64,000 nucleotides of DNA, taken from Octopus sinensis. Taxonomy: Eukaryota. The position numbers were made by a program, and so were the translations under genes. Below the pieces are notes generated by a model that saw nothing but the letters and a program-made list of their open reading frames with translations, made no database searches and was not told where the DNA came from. The stretch is from positions 24,490,001 to 24,554,000 of the forward strand of contig NC_043013.1 of NCBI RefSeq assembly GCF_006345805.1. The letters are read 5' to 3'. Shown here piece after piece: positions 54,645-64,000 of this stretch (the first letter of the stretch is position 1; the number at the start of each line of letters is the position of its first letter).

Positions 54645-55037
54645 AAAACATTCGGACAGATAGACGATACAAAGGCGGACAGGAAAAATAACAATTTGAG
54701 GGACAGGAAAAAAAAACAGAAAAAAGTCTAAGCTAAGAGCATTAGATTTTTTGTAAAAAAGCAAGGTATTTGTAATTGTGTAACATGTTCTCCATTTTTT
54801 TGTCTTTGTTGTCGTACACATTCGCTTGCTTACTGACAAAAAAATCTAATGCTCTTAGCTTAGACTCTTTTAGGGGCAACCAGATTGAAGATTGTCAAGT
54901 GTAACCGACCGAAACTGTAAGAACATCTGGTAACTTGACTGACGAAAGAAGGCCATGAATGACCCGTCCTTTTCTCATTTCCTTCTAGTTGTTGTTTTTC
55001 CTGTCCTCCTTTGTATCGTCTACCTGTCCGTATGTTT
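54645..55037. repeat. Nested imperfect inverted repeat of the 1303-2553-type family
   Basis: AGTCTAAGCTAAGAGCATTAGATTTTTT / AAAAAATCTAATGCTCTTAGCTTAGACT, with outer CGGACAG.TAGACGATACAAAGG / CCTTTGTATCGTCTACCTGTCCG. Confidence 0.75.
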
Positions 55038-55062
55038 GCTCACCTTGTAAGTAAGTGTGTGT

Positions 55063-55133
<71 letters not shown>

Positions 55134-55140
55134 ATATATA

Positions 55141-55215
<75 letters not shown>

Positions 55216-56339
55216 TATTTTTGTATCTGGTTTGCAAGATTTTTTTATGTGAATTCGTGTATTGAACCAACTTTTGTATTTTTAGAGAGAGTCATCACGC
55301 CAATATTAATAATACATGCTCTGGTTCAATTACACTCCTTTATTATTAATCAATTTGTTAAATGCCCAGCCGACGATTCGATTATTTGTTTAACTTAGAT
55401 AAAGAGTTTGTGGTTTTTTTATTTCGTCAAAGCTCTTTCGTCGCTGTTAGCAAACTTTTCAGTGATTTTCTTTTAGTTCGTTACGGAGGCTGTTTTTCTA
55501 TGAATGTATGTATGTATGTATGTATGTATGTATGTATGTATGTATGTATGTATGTATGTATGTATGTATGTATGTATGTATGCATGCATGTATGTATGTA
55601 TGTTTATATATATGTGTGTGTGTATGTGTGTACGATGCGCTTCCACAGTTTTCGTCGAATAAGATCCACTCTCTGGGAATTGATAGGCCCAGTGCTATAG
55701 CAGGACAATTGTTCAAGGTACAGTGCAATGTGTGCCCCGGCTCACGTGACTGCAAAGCGAACTGGTTAATCACACATCCATACATGCATCTTATCAGAAA
55801 GAAAAAGTGCAAAAAAAGCTATTTCGCTTTTATTTCCACTGATATCAGCATTTCGGTATAAATATCTTCAGTTTTAAAGCTGTAATGGATTTCTGGTTTT
55901 AAACTGTTAAAAGATCAATATTGATATCGATGGGTCATTGGTTTATGGTAGGGAAATTTTCCCCGTAGGAAGGACTGAATGGGACATTTCAAGCCAATGA
56001 ATTATCCTCCGTTCCTTAGTGAAACATCCCCTTAATAGTAAATGGCCTTCGTTAGTGAGGGTAACATAAAAATGTAACAGAAATGCAAGCTTATAAACCA
56101 CTATGGTCGTAGTTTAACCCCAAGCTATTTTTAGAAAGCTGACACAAACACACACAAACGCATGCTGCTATTTCAGTTGGTAAGCAACATTCCATCCATT
56201 ATGATGGAAATTAATTTTTGTCAATGTTTGCCCTGAAGAGACTTTTACCTTTTAAATGCATAATGCAATCATAATTGCAAAATATGAATGAAGGTAAGAA
56301 ATTAAAATGTACGTAGGAGATATGAAATTAATTATTGTA

Positions 56340-56405
56340 AAATCCTTAAAATCCTTAAAAATGTTTTAGCCCGAAGGCCGCGGCCATGCTGGGGCACCAC
56401 CGCTG
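56340..56405 (-). mobile_element. Solo 3' tail of the CR1-like LINE
   Basis: Reverse complement of ~30046-30110 including the TTTTAAGGA tail repeats. Confidence 0.85.
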
Positions 56406-56735
56406 ATTTATATAAATAAATTGATTTTTTTCTGAGTTAGAACTCTCTATTTTCCTTATATTATTAAAATTTTATTCCCCAATATCGAATGAATGAAAAT
56501 ATCTTTAACGACTACTGGAACTTATTAAGTATTAACACTAATACTAACGCAAATTAATGAATGCCAAGTATATTAATCGATGTGGAGCTAAACCGGTGTA
56601 CGCTTGGATAAAATACATCTCTGTGAAAGAGCAACCTCGAAACTTTATATATACCGGAGTAAACACATAAATGTGAAACAAGGTGGGAAAAAGAGTACTC
56701 AAATACCAGTGGTAGAGTAATATGCTTTAAATGAA

Positions 56736-56808
<73 letters not shown>

Positions 56809-56859
56809 TAATGTACATGTATACATATACATGTATCTTTCTTTTAATATTTATCTTTT

Positions 56860-57600
56860 ACCTGGTTTCAGCCCGGAGCTGAGGTCATACTGGTACACCA
56901 CCTGTAGTTACTCGGTATTGTTTCCGGTATTGTTTTAGGTGAAGTAGCAATTTGGACGGAACTGCTCTTCTTTGCGTCTCCTGCTGCGATATGGGTTCAT
57001 CTGGTATCTCAGAAACCTGTCCAGACATTTCTTGAATATTTCCACGTCAATACCATGTAGATCTCTAAGGTTGCCTGGTAGGATGTTGAACAATTGCGGG
57101 TGCTTGAAACCCAGACTATTGCAGTATTGTGTCATTTTAGATGGGGAAGACGGGATCTTTGGTATGATGCAGTGCCGTCCAGTTCGAGGATTGGTATAGC
57201 TGTCAATTTCAAAATTGCGAGCTAAACCCTCAAAGATCTCCCAAATATTTATATATCACCGCATCTCTCTCTCTCTCTCGTCTTCTCTCCAGGGAATACA
57301 GACTGGATTGCTTCGAGTTCCCCAGTTTGTTTCATACTCTCTGGGGACCATAGTTGGGAGCAGTAGTCCAAGCGGCTGAGAACGAAAGTCTTCCTTAGGA
57401 GAAGCAGGGCCTCCGTTTTCCTGATTCTGAATGTCTTCAGAATCCACCCAGCCACTCACCTGTACAATGTTGCCATCTTGGTAATACGCACATGGAACGT
57501 TGCATCATTGCTCACGTGAACCCCCAGGTCACGCAGCGACTCTGACGTTGGGATCGTATTACCTTCTGGTTCAGTTTATTCCGATTTTAGCCTATTTTAA
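56860..57600 (-). mobile_element. Older CR1-like LINE 3' fragment (intronic)
   Basis: AGWILKTFR...LDYCSQLWSP; YCNSLGFKHPQLFNILP. Confidence 0.85.
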
Positions 57601-57633
57601 TCGATATGGAACTAAATCGGTGTATATATATGT

Positions 57634-57678
<45 letters not shown>

Positions 57679-57852
57679 TGTGTGTGTAAACATATTCATG
57701 TATATATCATATATGTATGTATATATGTACATGCATATATATGTGTATGTGTGTATGTGCATATGTAAGTGTGAGTATTCATGTATAAATCTATTACAAT
57801 ATATCAAGTATAGGTATTACATAATACAGCTATAAATAAAACAGTTACTTAC

Positions 57853-57962
57853 TTGTTGTAGATAAATGTGTCCGGTAGCCAAACATTTTTTGCTGGGACA
57901 CGTAGAGATCGCACGCTATTGTATTTCCCGGGCTCCCAATATAAGTTCTCATCTGACCATTC
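57853..57962 (-). CDS. nAChR-like subunit exon (110 bp): EWSDENLYWEPGKYNSVRSLRVPAKNVWLPDTFIYN(N), loop A
   Basis: Not in the ORF track; CTTTTTAG acceptor, GTAAGT donor; WxPD..YN motif; 110-bp size conserved in nAChR genes; phase-2 AA+T gives Asn. Confidence 0.97.
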
Positions 57963-58699
57963 CTAAAAAGCAAATATTTCATTAAAAAATATCGAAACAG
58001 ATATTTTAACATAAATCTTTTCAGAAGTCTTTGTACATGTTATATTTGATACTTGGATGAGCCACTTGCAGAAATCGGAAGACAATACAATAGTAGAATT
58101 AGCATTTAAGATAGAATCTAGATGTATACCACAAGAATAACATTTAACCCTTAAATGTACCAGAAATAGAATTTGAACATTCAGTATTACCAAATTCTTT
58201 TAGCCTTCTTGTAATGTTGTATCGTAATTAAGAGCATGTATGGTCAACATTTTCCCAGCAGAAGTAATTGAGATATAATGCGCATCATAAACCAAACCTC
58301 CACTTCCAGAACAATAACAACCTACAACGTGTGTGTAACACAGATTACATCATATATTACACTGTCATGAACATTTTATCAAAAGAAGTGAATGGAAAAA
58401 AAATACGAAGTTGCTCAAATTTCACAGGGTCAAACTTAAAGATTACGTTACACGATATTAGAAAAAAATGTTATATTTCCTAGTAAAAACAAGCAGTGCT
58501 TTCAGGGCGGTTTCAGCTGGACACTAAATAATACTTACATATCTGATTCCCAAGCTGTGTAATTTTCTGATATTTTACATCTAATATTCCTTTGTATTCT
58601 TCTTATAATTGTCTAATTGCACTCACTCTCTTAGTAGATAAATTAAAAATAATAACAAGCTCCCAAAGACAGCGTTAGAATTTATGAATTAATCAAATA

Positions 58700-59485
58700 T
58701 TGGGTCATCCCATAAATAATGCGGTTTTTCGATTGCATGAACTAAAAATCGGAGGGGTCGGGATAAACTACCTGAATCAACTTGTTATAAAAGCAGGTAG
58801 TAATTTTACCGTGTCCTTATTCTATTGCACGTTTTAAAAAGTTTAGTTCGATTTTAACAGTTATTTTTCAAATCTATTATGGAACTGACAAAGGAGCATA
58901 TTCGGTATATTTTGCTTTATGAGTTCAATAAAGGCAACAACGCAAAAGAAAGTGCGAGGAATATTAATGTAGTATCTGGGGATCGGACAATAAGCGTAAA
59001 CCAGTATCAACGGTGGTTCCAGATATTCCGAGCCGGAAACTACAGCCTAGAAGTCGAGCCTCGTCCTGGGAGATCTGTGGAGCTCGACGTGGACATCCTG
59101 CAAACCTTGGTTGGACAAGATAATACTCGGCCACATACAGCGATGACGACATTCCAAAGGCTGAAGCAGTTAGAATGGGAAACGATGCCTCTTCCACCAT
59201 ATTCGCCAGATATTGCCTCATCTGATTATCATTTATTCTGCAGTCTTCAAGATCATTTGGACGAGAAAAATATGAATTCTGTAGACGGGCTCAGAACAGT
59301 ACTGGAGGAGTACTTTTCGTGACGGATAAGTGAATTTTGGAGGAAGGATCTTGCAAGTCTACCAGATTGATGGAAGAGCATTGTAGAAAATGAAAGAGTA
59401 TATTTTAGATTAAAAATGAAGTTTATCTTAATTTTGAAAAATAAAAGAAGTAAAAAAATACCACATTGTTTATGGGATGACACAA
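58700..59485 (+). mobile_element. Mariner transposon with both TIRs and an in-frame internal deletion
   Basis: TIRs TTGGGTCATCCCATAAATAATGCGG / CCACATTGTTTATGGGATGACACAA, TA flanks; ORF 58879-59322 with HTH (HIRYILLYEF...PRPGRS) fused to QDNTRPH...YSPDIASSDYHLF. Confidence 0.92.
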
Positions 59486-60562
59486 TATTATATTGACTTG
59501 GTTAGCAAAAAGTCATAATTATGACAGTATGTGTACCATAGCAAACTAGATAAATAGTCGCACACAAACCGAGTGCTGCAGGTTGTCTACACATGGTCTG
59601 GTGCATAATCGGGCATCCAGTCACTTCTGACCTGAAGTGTTAGAAGAGTGGCGATAGTAGATGAGAAGGGAGGTGACGAGGGTGGGCAATCCGTCCCGGG
59701 CGACACTTTTATGGAAGCGGCACTTTTGGGTCTGCTATGTATGCTTGTATAGCCTTGGCAGCCCGGGGTAAGGACAGGGGACAAACTTAAGGGCTACTTC
59801 TGCTGGCATTTACTCTAGCTACGTTATTGAGTAGAGACTGATGATGCAGTGGAGGAAACAGTGTTCTTCATATTTGAAGAGTAGGTTCGAAGTGGAAGAT
59901 CTTGGCTTGACCATACTGCTAGGAAATACTGATTCTCTTTATACTGCACAAATGTCTACGACGCTATAGGAAATGAAAGACTGGAGTTCTCCTCTGATCT
60001 TTGGTGGTTGCTGTTCTTCACGTTGTTGTTGTTATATAATCTAAAGTCGGACATAAACGGACAAATCTATGATCAAATGTCTTCCAACCATAATAATCCC
60101 GCCTTTTCCCCGGAATTTGTATATCTCGGGGTAGATTATTTAGTGTATTCCCTACAGTAGGATGTAATTTGAAGAGAAATTTAGCTGCTGTTTCTTGCTA
60201 ATCGTGTGCCCACATAGAAGTCACGTCGCGGGTGATATGGGCGACTACGTCGGTAACTAGTCAGTGTAACAGAGAAATATAAAAATTTGAACAACTTAAT
60301 CAGCGAAATAAATTCAAAACTTGTTTATCCTAAGCTTTATTTGTTGATGCTACAAGTTTACAGAACGAATAGTCATTATCTGCTTTCTATGGAATCGTAA
60401 TCAAGCAACAAGAATGGTTTCATATATAATGATGAACTCTTTCTTGGCTATATTTCTTTTGAAATATAAGATGTATTTCTGTGAATTTTCGAGGTCGATA
60501 AATAAAGTACCAGTCAAGAGTTGCTTTCTCTTTCTCTGTCTCTCTGTGTCTCTGTGTATATG

Positions 60563-60657
<95 letters not shown>

Positions 60658-61167
60658 CCTCTTGGAAATGACAACGTGTAGGGGCCAAGAAAGGAGGGAA
60701 TACAGTCAATTCTTTCACCACCATTCTATAAACACGACGAGACAAGGGACTTCTGCTCTTCAGGGTAGGCCGATCCAATGCAACTGTCAACTCACTCATC
60801 TCTCTTTTTCTCGTAGCCCATAATCTCCACCTTTCCAGGTTTTTCATTAACCGCTTAATGTAGTCCAGCCTCCTAACAACATCAGCTCTTTGAAATTTCC
60901 TCTTTACCTATATCTTCTTTACCTATGTTTTCTGCCTATACCTATATTTTCTTTACCTATATTGTCTGTCGATATTCAGTCGTGCAACTGCGCCGCTATC
61001 ACAGATCTCAGAGAGCCCGAGAAGTTTATAGACATAGCCCTTCCAAGATGATTAAGCAATTAAAATACTTTTTTAAAAGTAAATTATCATGTGAAAAATA
61101 AAGAAATGCGTTTTAAAGTAATTTTTAACATTTCATAAAGTGAAAAGAAACAAAAATTCCGACATAC

Positions 61168-61212
61168 CTGGTCAATAAATACGTTAGTTGTCAAAACCTG
61201 ATGTCGTTCATC
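61168..61212 (-). CDS. nAChR-like subunit micro-exon (45 bp): DERHQVLTTNVFIDQ, loop D
   Basis: Not in the ORF track; TTTCTTTCTTCTTTCCAG acceptor, GTATGT donor; matches the conserved 45-bp DEKNQVLTTNxW exon of nAChRs. Confidence 0.95.
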
Positions 61213-61619
61213 CTGGAAAGAAGAAAGAAATTATAAATTAGGGGAAAAAAAAAGAAAATTAAAATGGGAGCTTTCTAAATTATACTTTTGGTTGTTATTG
61301 TTCAAGCCGAGATCATACGTCTCTAACAGAGCTAAACTGAAAGGCCTTCTAGCTGTGATCACCCTGTCATTTTATAAGTACCTGTAAAAAGTATTTTTAA
61401 AATATAAGGTAACATGTATATTGAATTATATACATCTTAACGTGTGTATAGGGTTATAAAGAGCGAGGTATACATTGAGCTTTGTAAAGTGTTGTGTACA
61501 TAGAAAAATGTGTAAACTTACTCTGGGTTGTATCAGTTTATGTAAGGTATTATGTATGGGAAAATGTACATTTACATATAGTTTAATACGTAGACGGGCT
61601 TTATAACTTTAGTAACGTT

Positions 61620-63150
61620 GTAGAGAAGTACGTTCGCATGGATGATGGTTCACTTGCAGTTAATGACTCTGCAAAAAAAGAGGCTTGGAAATGCGACTAT
61701 GAAAGTCTGCTAGATGTAAAGAATGCATGCGAGAAGAAGAGTCTGTCTAGTGTAGAGCCAACATAGGGACCAGCAATCCCAATACACAGTAGCTTAGAAA
61801 ATAAAACCATGAAGGATATGAAGACGGGGAAAGCTCCCGGCTCATCAGGAATCACCGCTGAGATGCTTAAAATATCTGACAGTGTGGGTTATGGTCTAGT
61901 CCCCCGTATGGTCATTCAGGTTGTAGACAAGAGAGTCATGTCCAATGACAAGTGTAGCAGCAGCACGGTCAGCTGCTACGAAAGTAAAGGTGACATATTA
62001 GAAATAATTACAGAGGTATCGAATTGCTAGACTAGGTGACAAAAGTTAGAGAGGGTCATAGCCCAACTAATTAGGAAGAGAGTTAGCCTAGATGAGATGC
62101 AGTTTGGTTTTGTGTCAGAGAGAAGTGCACTACTGATGCGATATTCTTGGTAAGGCAGCTGTAGGAGAAGTATTTATCCAAAATAAACCTCTGTATTTGG
62201 CTTTTGTTGACATGAAGAAAGCCTTTGACAAGGACCAAGCTTCCTTATCTGGAGGTCAATGTGGAAGTTAGGGATAAATGAGTTGTTGGTGAGAGCCGTA
62301 CAAGCCATGTACATGGATGCTGTCAGTAAGGTGAAGGTTGGCAATGAATTCGGTGTACAGGTAAGAGTTCAAGGATCGGTTCTCAGACTCCTCTTCATCA
62401 TTGTCCTCCAGGCTAAAACAGAGGAATTTAAGACGGGCTGCACTTGAGAGCTTCTCTATGCTGATAACCTTGTTCTTATAGCTGAATCCCTACCAAAACT
62501 TGAGAAGAAATTTCAGGTGTGGAAGCAAGGTCTGGAATCAAAGGGTCTTATTATTAATTTAGCAAAGATCAAAGTCTTAGTAATTAGGAAAGATGGCCCG
62601 GCTCGATATAAAGAAAAGGCGTAGGTAGAAACACCATAAGGTGTATCCGATGCAAACTATGGACAGATAAAAGGTGCAGCAGCATCACAGGAAGGTTAAC
62701 AGGGAAAATAGTCTTTGTGTGTGGCAGGTGTATAGGTTCAATAAACACTAGAAATGTACAGAAAATAGACTCCGTCAATTGCCACGGATGATACTTGGAA
62801 ATAGTAGATAATTTCAGTTATCAAGGTGACCAAGTCAGCTGCGGGAGTGTAGCTGCTAGAATAAGAATAAGCTGGACAAAGTTCTAAAAGCTTCTCTCTT
62901 TGTTGGTAACAAACTGCCTTTTCCACAGAGTGAAAGGATGCCTGTGTGCTTACAGCCATACAACACGGCTGTGAAGCATGGACAGTGACTGCAGAGGACG
63001 TATGATGGCTTCAAAGAAATGAAGCTAGTATGCTTCGCTGGATATGCAATGTCAGTGTGCATGTACAGAAGAGTGTAAGTGTCTTGAGAGAAAAATTGGA
63101 TGCAAGAGGCATTAGATATGTGCAAGAGAGACGACTGCGCTGGTACGGTC
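61620..63150 (+). mobile_element. Degenerate RTE-clade LINE reverse-transcriptase region (intronic)
   Basis: MKTGKAPGSSGITAEMLK; DEMQFGFV; LYLAFVDMKKAFD; QGSVL; ELLYADNLVL; many stops and frameshifts. Confidence 0.85.
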
Positions 63151-63201
63151 ATTAGCGGATCTGTTGGAAGATCTGCAAAGAGACGGAAGAGCTCCCTCAA
63201 G

Positions 63202-63264
<63 letters not shown>

Positions 63265-63910
63265 TGTCTGTCTGTCCGTCTGTCTGTGCACTATAGGATA
63301 GTTTTATTCTCAACTATCTGGCGCAATAGCTGTCACTGAGTTTAGATTGAAGATTACTATAAATTAGCATCTAGTCATAAAAATAGTTACCAAGTGCTTC
63401 GATGAACCTTCTTCGAGGAATTAATGAAGCTTAGAATGTACAAGTTCTTAATTCTATTGAGCATTGTCTGCTAAGTTTTGGTTTAAAATAATTTTAGATA
63501 GAACAGTATTGAGAGCTCTTTGTTCCTATCTATTTGGATCTCATCTATTGTGTGTATATCTGTCTTTTTTTCTTTTCTACATGCTAAGACTACGTGTGTA
63601 TATAAACATACATACCTACATGCATACATACATGCATACATGCATACATACATACATACATACATACATACATACATACATAGTATAAGACACACAACCT
63701 CGCACACACACACATACATATATATTACAGTTCTGTCATAGGCAGATTAACAAAAAAAAGTGTTCTATCCAGTGAGAGATAAACAGCATTTAATATACAG
63801 TTGCAAATGAGTTGCTGATAGTTTCAAGCTTTAAGATACATTAATCTATCTTAAAGCATTAACGTATCAGTAGCTCTTTTCTAACTGTGCATATTAAATG
63901 ATGTGTGCGT

Positions 63911-63994
<84 letters not shown>

Positions 63995-64000
63995 GCTATT

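Overview
AT-rich, microsatellite- and transposon-dense eukaryotic DNA. The tRNA-derived SINE families and the (TA)n/(TACA)n load point to a cephalopod, most likely Octopus (inference). Nearly all ORFs in the track are low-complexity artefacts. Two spliced host genes can be reconstructed by hand. (1) Five minus-strand exons (61168-61212, 57853-57962, 52723-53267, 48107-48300, 45457-46050; 5' exons apparently outside the window) encode a cation-type, alpha9/alpha10-like nicotinic Cys-loop receptor subunit. It keeps the vicinal cysteines, but both loop-C tyrosines are His (HSCCPDPH) and the loop-D Trp is Phe. (2) Two plus-strand exons (3604-3773 and 9634-9878), broken up in the ORF track, splice in frame into a small domain resembling bacterial VirK-family proteins. 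The rest is mobile DNA: mariner and Tc1 relics, piggyBac-, hAT- and Helitron-type non-autonomous elements, CR1-, RTE- and Dong/R4-type LINE fragments, many SINEs, and a Penelope-like remnant with a GIY-YIG motif. There is also a series of fold-back palindromes in (TA)n tracts, several carrying intact or decayed minimal hammerhead-ribozyme motifs. Repeat coordinates are read by eye and approximate unless a TIR, TSD or splice site fixes them.
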